Shown here piece after piece: positions 8,551 through 18,491 of a DNA stretch of 64,000 nucleotides (within the stretch, counting starts at the first letter, position 1; every line of letters begins with the position of its first letter). The DNA comes from an uncultured Clostridium sp. (GTDB taxonomy: Bacteria; Bacillota; Clostridia; TANB77; CAG-508): contig CAMUDX010000003.1 in the NCBI GenBank assembly GCA_947087745.1, positions 1,412 to 65,411 of the forward strand. Direction: 5' to 3'. Under the pieces are notes generated by a model that made no database searches, had not been told where the DNA came from, and saw only the letters and a list, made by a program, of their open reading frames with translations. The translations under genes and the position numbers were made by a program.

Positions 8551-11500
8551 TTATTTTACCTCTACATCTAGTTGTAAATTTTCTCCATTTATATTAACTT
8601 CTGTATATCCATTATGATTTTGATTATAAAATATTTCTACTGTCAATGTATCTTTCTTTATAGTATCTTCAAATTTCTTGATAACTGCTTCTATCTTTGC
8701 ATTTCCTGATACATATAAGTTGATTTTGTCTAGTACTTCAAAACCTTTGTCTTTTCTCATATTTTGTATTTTTGATAACACTTCACGAACATATCCTTCT
8801 TCTATCAATTCAGGTGTTAATGTTGTATCTAATACTACTCCAAATTCTCCTTCACCACTAAATGCAAATCCTTCTTTTCCTTGCATTGTTACAAGTAAAG
8901 TTTCTTGTGTCAACTCTATTGTTGTATCATCTATTTGTAAATATTCTATTCCACCATTCTTTACTTTTGTTGCAAGTTCCATTTGATTCATTTTAGCTAA
9001 TTCTTGCTTAATTTGTGGTATTAGTTTTCCATATTCTCTTCCTAATACTGGTAAATTTGGCTTTATTTCAAAACTTACATATTCTGTCATATCTGCTCCT
9101 AAAACTACTTCTTTTACATTTAATTCTTCTTTTACTATCTTTCCATAGTATTCTGGTAGCTCAGTTGCTGATATTAATATTTTTGATAATGGCTGTCTAT
9201 TTTTTATATTTGATATATTTCTTGCACTTCTTCCTAATTTTACTAGTTTATATGCCAAATCCATCTCTTTTTCTAATTTAGTATCTACCAAACTTTCATC
9301 ATATTCTGGCCATAAGCATAAGTGTATACTCTCTGGAGCATTTTTGTCTAATCCTACTACTAAATTTTGATATATTTCTTCTGTGATAAATGGTACAAAT
9401 GGTGCTGCAACTTTTACTAGTGTTGTTAATACTTTATATAATGTTGTATATGCTCCTATTTTGTCATCTTCTAAAGTTTCTGTCCAGAATCTTTCTCTAT
9501 TTGTACGTATATACCAATTTGATAATTCATCTGTAAAGTCATCTATTAATAGTGCTGCATTTGTTATATCATAATTTTCTAACTTTTTATCTACTTCTTT
9601 TACTAATGTATTCAATTTTGATATTATCCATCTATCCATTACGTTTTCTGATTTGAAATTTGCATATTCTAATGGATTAAATTTATCTATCTCTGCATAT
9701 AACACATAAAATGAATATACATTCCAAATAGTACTTAAAAACCCTCTTTGTGTTTCTTGTACATTTTCTAATCCTAATCTTGTAGGTAGCCATGGACTAC
9801 TACATGTATAAAAATGCCATCTTGTTGCATCTGCTCCTACTTCATTTAATAGTACCATTGGATCCACACCATTTCCTTTTGACTTTGACATTTTTTGTCC
9901 TTTACTGTCTAATACATGTCCTAATACTATACAGTTTTCATATGATGGTTTATCAAATAGACAAGTTGATATTGCAAGTAATGTATAGAACCATCCTCTT
10001 GTTTGGTCTATTGCTTCTGATATGAATTGTGCTGGGAAGTTTGCTTCAAATATTTCTTTATTTTCAAATGGATAGTGCAATTGTGCAAATGGCATTGATC
10101 CTGAATCAAACCAGCAGTCTATTACTTCTTTTGCTCTTTTCATTTTATTTCCACATTCTGGACATTTTAAATGTACTTCGTCTATATATGGTTTGTGTAA
10201 TTCTATATCTTCTGGTACTTCTATTCCTTTTTCTTTTAATTCTTTTATTGAACCTATACACTCTTTGTGTCCACATTCACATTCCCATATTGGTAATGGT
10301 GTTCCCCAATATCTGTCTCTTGATATTCCCCAATCTATTACATTTTCTAAAAATTTTCCAAATCTTCCTGTTCTTATTGTGTCTGGATACCAATTTATTT
10401 TATTATTATTTACTACTAAGTTGTCTCTTAATTTTGTCATTGCTACAAACCAGCTCTCTTTTGGATAATATAATAATGGTGTATCACATCTCCAACAATG
10501 TGGATATGAGTGTAAATGTTTTTCTTTTGAAAATAATTTATTTTCATTTTCTAACCATTTACATATATCTTCATTACAATCTCTTACAAATCTTCCTGCC
10601 CATGGTTCTACATCCTGTACAAAATTTCCTGATTTATCTACTAAATTTACAAATGCTATTCCATTTTGTTTTGAAACTAAACTGTCATCTTCTCCATATG
10701 CTGGTGCTATGTGTACTATTCCTGTTCCGTCTTCTGTTGTTACGTAATCCCCATGTATTACTACATATGCTTTTCCTTCTGGTTTTGCAAATGGCATTAA
10801 TTGCTCATATTCTGTTCCTAATAATTCTTCTCCTTTATATGTTTTTAATACTTCATATTCTTTATCTTTTAATACTCTTTCACACAATTCTTTTGCTATT
10901 ACATATATTTCATATGCTGGCTCTTCATCTGTTCCTACATTTACTTTTACATCTACATATTCATATGTCTTATTTACACATAATGCTAAGTTTGATGGTA
11001 ATGTCCATGGCGTTGTTGTCCATGCTAATATATATTTGTTTTCTTCTCCTTTTATTTTGAATTTTGCTATACATGTTAAGTCTTTTACATCTTTATATCC
11101 TTGTGCTACTTCGTGTGATGATAGTGCTGTTCCACATCTTGGGCAATATGGCATTACTTTGTGTCCTTCATATAAAAGTCCTTTTTTCCACATTTCACTT
11201 AGTGCCCACCATACTGATTCTATATATTCATTATGGTATGTTACATATGGGTCTTCCATATCTACCCAATATCCAACTTGCTCTGTCATTTTTTCCCACA
11301 TTGATACATATGTGAATACACTTTCTTTACACTCTTTTACGAATTTTTCTACTCCATATTCTTCTATTTGTTCTTTTCCTGATATACCTAACTTCTTTTC
11401 TATTTCTAATTCTACTGGTAATCCATGTGTATCCCATCCTGCTTTTCTTAATACTTGATATCCTTTCATTACTTTGTATCTTGGTATTATGTCTTTCATT

Positions 11501-11688
11501 ACTCTTGTTTCTATATGTCCTACATGTGGCTTTCCATTTGCTGTTGGTGGTCCATCATAAAATGTGAAATATCTTCCTCCTTTGTTCATCTTAAAATTCT
11601 TTTTTATTATTTCTTGTGTTTTCCACTTTTCAGCTATTTCTTTTTCCATTCCTACAAATCCGTTTTTTAATTCTACTTTTTTATACAT
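8551..11688 (-). CDS. ileS: isoleucine--tRNA ligase, long (type 2) form
   Basis: 1045 aa with the HIGH-type motif [12 protein letters not shown] and the KMSKSKGN motif. It is preceded by a T-box leader. Confidence 0.95.
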   Translation of the reverse strand: MYKKVELKNGFVGMEKEIAEKWKTQEIIKKNFKMNKGGRYFTFYDGPPTANGKPHVGHIETRVMKDIIPRYKVMKGYQVLRKAGWDTHGLPVELEIEKKLGISGKEQIEEYGVEKFVKECKESVFTYVSMWEKMTEQVGYWVDMEDPYVTYHNEYIESVWWALSEMWKKGLLYEGHKVMPYCPRCGTALSSHEVAQGYKDVKDLTCIAKFKIKGEENKYILAWTTTPWTLPSNLALCVNKTYEYVDVKVNVGTDEEPAYEIYVIAKELCERVLKDKEYEVLKTYKGEELLGTEYEQLMPFAKPEGKAYVVIHGDYVTTEDGTGIVHIAPAYGEDDSLVSKQNGIAFVNLVDKSGNFVQDVEPWAGRFVRDCNEDICKWLENENKLFSKEKHLHSYPHCWRCDTPLLYYPKESWFVAMTKLRDNLVVNNNKINWYPDTIRTGRFGKFLENVIDWGISRDRYWGTPLPIWECECGHKECIGSIKELKEKGIEVPEDIELHKPYIDEVHLKCPECGNKMKRAKEVIDCWFDSGSMPFAQLHYPFENKEIFEANFPAQFISEAIDQTRGWFYTLLAISTCLFDKPSYENCIVLGHVLDSKGQKMSKSKGNGVDPMVLLNEVGADATRWHFYTCSSPWLPTRLGLENVQETQRGFLSTIWNVYSFYVLYAEIDKFNPLEYANFKSENVMDRWIISKLNTLVKEVDKKLENYDITNAALLIDDFTDELSNWYIRTNRERFWTETLEDDKIGAYTTLYKVLTTLVKVAAPFVPFITEEIYQNLVVGLDKNAPESIHLCLWPEYDESLVDTKLEKEMDLAYKLVKLGRSARNISNIKNRQPLSKILISATELPEYYGKIVKEELNVKEVVLGADMTEYVSFEIKPNLPVLGREYGKLIPQIKQELAKMNQMELATKVKNGGIEYLQIDDTTIELTQETLLVTMQGKEGFAFSGEGEFGVVLDTTLTPELIEEGYVREVLSKIQNMRKDKGFEVLDKINLYVSGNAKIEAVIKKFEDTIKKDTLTVEIFYNQNHNGYTEVNINGENLQLDVEVK

Positions 11689-11763
11689 TTTCGTTTTCCC
11701 CCTTCTTTTTGTTAATTACAAAAAACATAAATTAATATTTGCATTAATTTTCTTCTTAGAATA

Positions 11764-12088
11764 TAAAAAAACATCCAATTCGTGCCTATGCTTAGGACGA
11801 AATGGATGTTTCCGCGGTACCACCTATTTTAATAATTAATTTCATAAATTTTAGCAATTTCCAATATGCTTTAATTTCCTCATTAATTTATTCTCTCTTT
11901 TTTACTTTTAACGCAAGTATACGGCAAAACTTACTTTTTTGTCTTCTTCTTTTTGTTTTTTCTTTTTCTGCTTTGCAACAACATAGGTGATAATAAATAA
12001 TTTTTACTTGTATGGATTTCACCATTCCCATACTCTCTACTAGATATTTTATTATTTATCGTGTCCTTGTTTTTGTTTTTTATTTTAT
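11764..12088 (-). promoter_or_regulatory. T-box leader (tRNA-sensing riboswitch) of ileS
   Basis: On the minus strand there are stem I elements (AGAGAGTATGGGAATGGTGAAATCC) and the T-box sequence GGTGGTACCGCGG at 11809-11824. This overlaps the terminator AAACATCCATTTCGTCC..GGCACGAATTGGATGTTT plus a T-run. A candidate Ile specifier ATC lies in ..TTATCACC... Confidence 0.8.
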
Positions 12089-12094
12089 GTTACT

Positions 12095-12123
12095 ATATTA
12101 ACACGTTTTTGGTTTTTGGTCAA
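12095..12123 (-). promoter_or_regulatory. sigmaA-type promoter for the ileS leader
   Basis: Minus strand reads TTGACC-17 nt-TAATAT with TG at the extended -10 position. Confidence 0.5.
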
Positions 12124-12145
12124 GATATTTTTGTAAAATGAATTC

Positions 12146-12453
12146 TTATTTTATATTTTTTAAATTTCTTAATGCTTTATTAATATCTAATTTTGTATGT
12201 AAAACAGCTAAAATAACAACATCATTTTCTTTAATATTATAAATAATTCTATGATTTTTATAAATCATTTGCCTTACCGAATACTCTGATATAATATATT
12301 CCAGTTTTTTACCTACTCTGGCATTGTCTCTAATATATCTACATAGCCAACTAGTTTATTTATATAAGATTTAGCTACTTTATTAGTGTCTTCCCTCGCT
12401 TCGTTAATAAACTCTGTAATATGTGATATTGCATTATTAGTCCAAATTACCAT
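12146..12453 (-). pseudogene. ParE/RelE-family type II toxin, frameshifted
   Basis: MVIWTNNAISHITEFINEAREDTNKVAKSYINKLVGYVDILETMPE-stop; the next frame continues RVGKKLEYIISEYSVRQMIYKNHRIIYNIKENDVVILAVLHTKLDINKALRNLKNIK. This indicates a single-nt lesion near 12313-12318. Confidence 0.7.
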
Positions 12454-12623
12454 TTATTTATAATCTCCTTTACTTCACTTTTGCTTTTTGTATTTCCATC
12501 TTTCATATCTTTTATTCCTTTTTGTATCTCTAATTGTGTATAAAGAGTATATAATATTTCTTCATAACTCGTTTTATCATCTATTTTCTGAACTGTATTT
12601 AAAATTAATTGTTTATCACTCAT
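12447..12623 (-). CDS. small antitoxin-like protein (58 aa) upstream of the ParE remnant
   Basis: GGAGG RBS, then MSDKQLILNTVQKIDDKTSYEEILYTLYTQLEIQKGIKDMKDGNTKSKSEVKEIINKW. Its stop overlaps the toxin start (ATGGTAA). Confidence 0.55.
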   Translation of the reverse strand: MSDKQLILNTVQKIDDKTSYEEILYTLYTQLEIQKGIKDMKDGNTKSKSEVKEIINKW

Positions 12624-12748
12624 ATCTTAACTCCTCCTAATCTCTTTATATTGTACCATAAATATTTAATTTTACTACATCATTTGGTACTTTTTATATT
12701 TAACTTTTAAATAACATTCTCTAAGTAATATCCAAAACAATTTTTGTT

Positions 12749-13272
12749 TTATCTCTCTTCATAATCATCTTTTTTAGTTTCTTTAGCTATTAATCTTTCT
12801 GCTCTAAAGATTTCCCATGGTATGACATATCTTTCATGTACAGCTTTTTCTCTTGTTAATTCTCTTCCATCAAATCCTTTTCCTACTAATTCTATAACTA
12901 TATTCTCATTAATATTGAAACCAACATTAAATCCTCCATCATTTTCATATCGTGGTATGTTGGGGATTTTGTATTTAACAATAATAGTACTCCATCTGGA
13001 TTTTGTTTTTTTACTTCTTCTAACTCTAATGGGATGTCTTCTTTTTTTCCACTAGTTCCAGATATTCTTACATTTCTATAGTCTCCTATCTTCGTATCTG
13101 TTCTTGTAGTTACTCTTTCTGGCAATTTGTTTTTTATTTTGTTCCACTCTTCTATTGATGATATTATTTGTATTTTTGAGTATGGATATAAATCAGGTAA
13201 ATATTTATTTAATAAGAAAATTCCTTTTGCTTTTCCATACATTATATTTTTATTTGTGATGATTTCTTCCAA
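12749..13272 (-). pseudogene. hypothetical protein, apparently frameshifted
   Basis: ORF 12898-13272 reads ..NPDGVLLLLNTK and then degenerates. The adjacent frame continues IPNIPRYENDGGFNVGFNINENIVIELVGKGFDGRELTREKAVHERYVIPWEIFRAERLIAKETKKDDYEER to a stop at 12749. The frame switch is near 12962-12972. Confidence 0.45.
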
Positions 13273-13326
13273 CCTTTTTGAATATCATTTAAAATCATAA
13301 TTATCTTCTCCATTTATTTATATTTT

Positions 13327-14790
13327 TTAATATAATGCTTTTATATCCCAAATAGTACCATCAACTGTATCATTTAAAATAATACCAATATTATCAAGTT
13401 CAGTTCTAATTGCATCAGCTGTGTCAAAATCTTTAGATTTCTTGGCTTCTAATCTTTTTGAAATTTTTTCATTTATATAATTTTCATCAATATTAAGTTT
13501 TTCTACATACTTCTTCTTCATCATAGATATAAACTCATTTGGTTCTTGCTCAAAAAATCCTAATACTAAATAAACCTCATTAATATTCTTTAACATTTTA
13601 TTTAATGTCTTTGCTATTAGTTTTCTATTACCTTTATTTGCTGTTTTCATTAAGTTATTTGCATGTTTAAATATACTATGTAAATTTGAAATAGCACCTG
13701 CTGTATTAAAATCATCGTCCATATATTCTATAAATGTAGGTATTATATCATTTACAATTTCATCATCTATTTCTTCTATTGTTTCTTGTTCTGCGTATTT
13801 CTCTATAAATTCTTTCATTGCTTTTATTGTACTGTAAAAGTAGTACATATGGCTTTCTGATAATTTAAAATCACTATCTAAAATATCCATATCAGAACCA
13901 TAGTGTTTTGATAACATTAAATATTTTATTACTTCATAATTATACATATTTAATGTCTCTCTTATCGTTAGAGAATTTCCTAATGATTTACTCATTTTTT
14001 CTCCATTTATTTTTATTAATCCACAATGTGTCCAATATTTTGCAAATGGCTTGCCTGTTAAGCATTCACTTTGTGCTATTTCATTTTCATGATGTGGAAA
14101 TAATAAGTCTCTTCCTCCTCCATGAATGTCTATCGTTTCTCCTAATGTATTTAATGCCATTGCTGAACATTCTATGTGCCATCCTGGTCTTCCTTTTCCC
14201 CATGGTGATTCCCAATATATTTCTCCTGGCTTTGCTGATTTCCATAGTGCAAAGTCTATTGGCTCTTTCTTTCCTTCTTCTATCTCTATTCTTACACCAT
14301 TTAACATTTCATCTATTTTTCTATGTGATAGCTTTCCATATTCAGAAAATTTCTTAACTGCGAAGTATACATCTCCCCTTTCTGTTGGATATGCATATCC
14401 TTTTTCTATTAATTCTTCTATAAATTCTATTATATGTCCTATATATTCTGATGCTTTTGTTTGTATATCTGCTTCTGGTATATGTAAGTTTTTCATATCT
14501 TTTTCATTTTCTTCTATTTGTTGTTTTGAAAATTCTAATGCATTTATTTCTTTTTCGTTTGCTCTTTTTATTATCTTGTCATCTACATCTGTATAGTTTC
14601 TTACATATGTTACTTTATATCCTTTATATTTTAAATATTGTGTTATCATTGCATATACTATCGCTTGTCTTGCATGACCTATATGGCTTAAATCATATAC
14701 TGTTATTCCACATGCATACATTTTGACTTCTCTATCTTTTATTGGCTTGAATTCTTCTTTTTTTCCACTCATTGAATTGTATATTCTCAT
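13327..14790 (-). CDS. cysS: cysteine--tRNA ligase
   Basis: HIGH motif (LSHIGHARQ), KMSKSLGN motif and the CysRS zinc-site region HIECS. Confidence 0.95.
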   Translation of the reverse strand: MRIYNSMSGKKEEFKPIKDREVKMYACGITVYDLSHIGHARQAIVYAMITQYLKYKGYKVTYVRNYTDVDDKIIKRANEKEINALEFSKQQIEENEKDMKNLHIPEADIQTKASEYIGHIIEFIEELIEKGYAYPTERGDVYFAVKKFSEYGKLSHRKIDEMLNGVRIEIEEGKKEPIDFALWKSAKPGEIYWESPWGKGRPGWHIECSAMALNTLGETIDIHGGGRDLLFPHHENEIAQSECLTGKPFAKYWTHCGLIKINGEKMSKSLGNSLTIRETLNMYNYEVIKYLMLSKHYGSDMDILDSDFKLSESHMYYFYSTIKAMKEFIEKYAEQETIEEIDDEIVNDIIPTFIEYMDDDFNTAGAISNLHSIFKHANNLMKTANKGNRKLIAKTLNKMLKNINEVYLVLGFFEQEPNEFISMMKKKYVEKLNIDENYINEKISKRLEAKKSKDFDTADAIRTELDNIGIILNDTVDGTIWDIKALY

Positions 14791-14862
14791 CGTTCTTTAC
14801 CTCCCTGTCTATTATTGTGGCATTTATTTTGTTTGTCATTATACTACAAATGTATTGATTTA

Positions 14863-15189
14863 TCAATACTCTTGTTTGTTTATCTTACTACTTAACTCTA
14901 TTATTTTATTCATTTCATCGTCTTTTGCTACTTTATTTTTTCTAATTTCTCCACATTTTTTGCACTTAAATACTATTATATATCCTTTCTTACTATTTGT
15001 TTCTAATCCTATTGGTTCTAATATTCCATGACATTTTTCTGCTCTATCCCCTGGATTTTTGTCTAGGTGCTTTGAGTGTAAACAGTATGGGCAATGATTT
15101 CTACATGAATATCCCAATTTATTTACTTTTTTTCCACAATTTTCACATCTAAATTCTTCATCTATTTCTGTAAATTTGCTATTGTTCAT
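14863..15189 (-). CDS. RNHCP domain-containing zinc-ribbon protein
   Basis: CENCGKK..YSCRNHCPYCLHSKH..CKKCG pattern. Confidence 0.7.
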   Translation of the reverse strand: MNNSKFTEIDEEFRCENCGKKVNKLGYSCRNHCPYCLHSKHLDKNPGDRAEKCHGILEPIGLETNSKKGYIIVFKCKKCGEIRKNKVAKDDEMNKIIELSSKINKQEY

Positions 15190-15236
15190 TAACTTTTCTC
15201 GCTTTCCTCCTTGTTTATTCTACTTTAATTTGTATA

Positions 15237-16877
15237 TTAATATTTAAAGTCTCCTCCTCCTAAGAACTCTTTTATTAACGAATTTGTTGGTATCATTGTG
15301 TTTGGTATTGGCTCAAAATATTTTAACATTTCACAAAGTCTTCTTGCCTCTGGATATTCATCATCTTCTGGTTTAATTTCTTTTAATAATGGCATTACTA
15401 CTTCTTTAAATGCTGATAATTCATATATTAATGATGTGTTGAATATACTGTCACTGCTTTCTTGAAATGGAAATATGTTTTTCTGCTCTCCTTTATTTAC
15501 TAATGCCCATGTCTTGATTGTGTCTTTTGCTGAATATCCTCTAAATTGATAGTCTCTTACTATTCTTCTTATTAATCTTGTGTCTGTTGTTGATATTCTA
15601 TTATAATAGTCCATATTTAATACTGTTAATGCACTTATATATATCTTGTATTTTTGTTCCCTTGGTATACTACTCGTTAATTTGTCATTCAGACAGTGTA
15701 TTCCTTCTATTACTAATACTTCATCTTCTTCTAATTTTAGCATATGTCCACAATATCTTTTTGTTCCTTCTTTAAAATCAAATTGTGGTATTTCTACCTC
15801 TTCTCCTTTTAATAATCGTGTTAAATGATTGTTGAATAAGTCTAAGTCTATTGCTTCTATGCACTCAAAGTCATATTCTCCTGTTTCTGTTTTTGGGTTT
15901 TGCCATCTTTCCACAAAATAATTATCTACTGATATTGTTACTGGCTTTATTCCATTTAATTGTAATTGTAATCCTAATCTCTGTGCAAATGTTGTTTTCC
16001 CTGATGATGATGGTCCTGCTATTAATACAATTTTTATTCCTTTTCTTTGTGCTATTTTGTCTGCTATGTTTGCTATCTTTTTTTCGTGTAACGCTTCATC
16101 TAGCATTATTATGTTTTTTATTCTGTCTTCTTGTATTGCTTTGTTTAATCTGTACACTGTATCTACTTTTAGTATTCTATGTATTGTATCATATTCTTTA
16201 AATGCCCATGCTAATTTTTTAGTTTGGTCATATTCTGTTAATTGGTTTGGTGATTTTCTTGATGGATATCTTATTAGAAATCCTTTTTCATATTTTACTA
16301 CATCAAATACTGGTGTTGCTCCTGTTCTATTTGCTATTTCTCCATATATATAGTTATAGTAGTTTTCACATTTGTACATGTATATTGTTTCATTTTCTTG
16401 TACATCTAATTGTAATAGCCCTCTATTGGTTTGCGTTTCTTTGAAGAATTTTTCTGCTTCTTGTCTGTTCATATTTATTTTTTCTATTTTTATATTTTTT
16501 TCTATTATTTCTCTCATTTTGTTTTTTAATTTTTGTATTATCTCTTCTGTTGTATCTTCGTTTTCTATATCACAATACATTGAGTCTCCTAGTTGATAGT
16601 CTACTTGTATTAGTGCTTTTGGATATAGTTCTTCCATTGCTTTTCCCATTATGTATATTAGTGTCCTTCTATATATGTTTATTCCTTCTTTTTCTGTGAT
16701 ATCTATTAATTCTATTTTTCCTTCTTCTTCTATTTTATAATTTAAATTTTTATATTCATTATTGAATTTTGCTCCTATTACTATATCTTCACTTTTTTCT
16801 ATTTCTTCTTTTAATATTTCTGATATTTTGTCTCCCTTTTTTATTTCTATTTCTTTGTCTTTATATTTTACTTTCAT
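15237..16877 (-). CDS. uridine kinase-family nucleoside kinase with an N-terminal TGS/ThrRS-like extension
   Basis: P-loop IAGPSSSGKTTFAQRL in the C-terminal half, and an N-terminal half resembling the ThrRS N-terminal domains. Confidence 0.65.
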   Translation of the reverse strand: MKVKYKDKEIEIKKGDKISEILKEEIEKSEDIVIGAKFNNEYKNLNYKIEEEGKIELIDITEKEGINIYRRTLIYIMGKAMEELYPKALIQVDYQLGDSMYCDIENEDTTEEIIQKLKNKMREIIEKNIKIEKINMNRQEAEKFFKETQTNRGLLQLDVQENETIYMYKCENYYNYIYGEIANRTGATPVFDVVKYEKGFLIRYPSRKSPNQLTEYDQTKKLAWAFKEYDTIHRILKVDTVYRLNKAIQEDRIKNIIMLDEALHEKKIANIADKIAQRKGIKIVLIAGPSSSGKTTFAQRLGLQLQLNGIKPVTISVDNYFVERWQNPKTETGEYDFECIEAIDLDLFNNHLTRLLKGEEVEIPQFDFKEGTKRYCGHMLKLEEDEVLVIEGIHCLNDKLTSSIPREQKYKIYISALTVLNMDYYNRISTTDTRLIRRIVRDYQFRGYSAKDTIKTWALVNKGEQKNIFPFQESSDSIFNTSLIYELSAFKEVVMPLLKEIKPEDDEYPEARRLCEMLKYFEPIPNTMIPTNSLIKEFLGGGDFKY

Positions 16878-17041
16878 CTTTTCTTCCTTTCTATTTCTTA
16901 TGTGTTATTATATTGGTATTTTATATGATATTTGTTTTTTAGTCAATAAAAAAGATAGATAATTAATCTATCTACATTATCATAAGCTATTTCTTATCTT
17001 TATTATTAACTTTTTTATAAATTTTACTTATTTCTTTTAAT

Positions 17042-17500
17042 TCAATCCTCTATATTATTAATAAATATCATATTTTTATTTGGATTACATTTTTTATATA
17101 ATAATGGAACTTTCTTTCCTATTCTTTTTCTGCACTCATCATAAAACTCGTTTATTTTATCCTTATCTTCACCTCTAAAATCTCCCCAATGATTTTCTAC
17201 TACAGCTTGATATATTTCCTTTGAATAACAGTCCAGAAATTCAACTTTAGTATAAATATATACATCGCTATCTTCACTTAATGTAACATCTATAACTTTT
17301 CCATAGCAAAACTCTGCATTTTTAAAAAATCTTTTTCTTTTCAACATATTTATAAATGGTAAAAATGGAATCCATACTAGAATTATAAACGCTCTATTCC
17401 AAAAACAGATTACTATTTCAAATACTATAAGTAATATACTCAATAAAATTGATGTTTTTACTGTATCTTTCCACTCTTCCTTTATAATAGATTCTTTCAT
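17042..17500 (-). CDS. hypothetical membrane protein
   Basis: 152 aa with two N-terminal TM segments. Family not recognised. Confidence 0.5.
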   Translation of the reverse strand: MKESIIKEEWKDTVKTSILLSILLIVFEIVICFWNRAFIILVWIPFLPFINMLKRKRFFKNAEFCYGKVIDVTLSEDSDVYIYTKVEFLDCYSKEIYQAVVENHWGDFRGEDKDKINEFYDECRKRIGKKVPLLYKKCNPNKNMIFINNIED

Positions 17501-17602
17501 TAATACTTCCTCCTAATTAAGATAATAATAAAATTATTGTTATACTTTTTTGTCCTGTCTATTTATTTCCTTCAAAAACTCTGCATTCTGTTTATATAAT
17601 AT

Positions 17603-18208
17603 TTATATTATTTTTTCGATTTGTTCCATTGAAATTGGACCTAATCTTAAAATCTGTATTTTTTCTGAAGTACAATCTATTATTGTACTTCCTTCTCCAA
17701 ATAAAACTGTTCCTTCCATAATACCATCTAAATTAGGAAATTGTTTCTCTATTTCATCTAAACTAGTACATATAGGTTTACCACTTATATTAGCACTAGT
17801 CATAAAAATTGGACTTTCTACTTTTCTAATCAAATTTTCTAATGCTTTTGATGTTGCCATTCTAACTGCTATAGTAGCATGCCCATCAGTAATATAATTA
17901 GGTACTTCTGGTCTCTTTTTTAAGACTAAAGTAATAGGTCCTGGCATAAAAGCACGAATTAATTTTTCAGCTTTTCTATCTACTATAGCTATACTTTTTA
18001 TTTGTTCCTCATCTGCACACATTACAGCAAATAATTTAGTTTTAGGGCGTTTTTTAACTTTCATTAAATTTTCATATGCTTTTATTGAATTTATTCTAGC
18101 ACATAATCCATAAACCGTATCTGTAGGAACACTAATTACACCATCTTTTTTCAGTATTTCTGCTAGTTCATCTGTTTCATCTTGTTTGTATCTTTTTTTC
18201 ATATTCAT
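17603..18208 (-). CDS. tsaC: L-threonylcarbamoyladenylate synthase (Sua5/YrdC/YwlC family, short form)
   Basis: PTDTVYGL motif, PGPITLVL and MTSANISGKP motifs. Confidence 0.85.
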   Translation of the reverse strand: MNMKKRYKQDETDELAEILKKDGVISVPTDTVYGLCARINSIKAYENLMKVKKRPKTKLFAVMCADEEQIKSIAIVDRKAEKLIRAFMPGPITLVLKKRPEVPNYITDGHATIAVRMATSKALENLIRKVESPIFMTSANISGKPICTSLDEIEKQFPNLDGIMEGTVLFGEGSTIIDCTSEKIQILRLGPISMEQIEKII

Positions 18209-18293
18209 CCTCTTCCATTCATTACTTATTCAATTTAATAAAAATGATTATACATGGATTATAGCATTTTTTTGCTTGAAAGTATATAAATAA

Positions 18294-18319
18294 AAGGCAA
18301 ATTATTTATAATTTGCCTT
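18294..18319 (-). terminator. intrinsic terminator hairpin
   Basis: AAGGCAAATTA-loop-TAATTTGCCTT, followed by a T-rich tract on the minus strand. Confidence 0.5.
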
Positions 18320-18491
18320 AAAAATATAATTTTATTTAATAAAATAATTCATTTTCTTATTAATACTTATTATTTCATTTTTCATCCCCATACATCTTTC
18401 CTTTAGAATCTTTCATGACTCATTTTAGCACTCTTTTTTAAATCGTATAAATTCTCTCCAAATTTTATTAGATTACTCCTCCTTTGATTTT

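Noticed and set aside
10029-11060. Long antisense ORFs, for example the 343-aa plus-strand ORF inside ileS and similar ones inside typA, tig, clpX, cysS, rnj and the recombinase.
   Set aside because: The translations are Leu/Phe/Ile-rich and low-complexity, which is typical of the reverse strand of AT-rich coding DNA. Each is fully nested in a well-supported gene.
14791-14862. T-box leaders upstream of cysS, glyQS (21399-21548), serS (57161-57333) and gltX (61283-61342).
   Set aside because: None contains a GGTGGTACCGCG-type T-box sequence, and the intergenic spaces are too short or are occupied by simple promoters.
18330-18491. A possible small gene after the amine dehydrogenase, signalled by a strong AAAGGAGGAG Shine-Dalgarno sequence.
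   Set aside because: No ATG, GTG or TTG lies at a suitable distance. Only 13-21-codon frames are available, so there is not enough evidence to call a gene.
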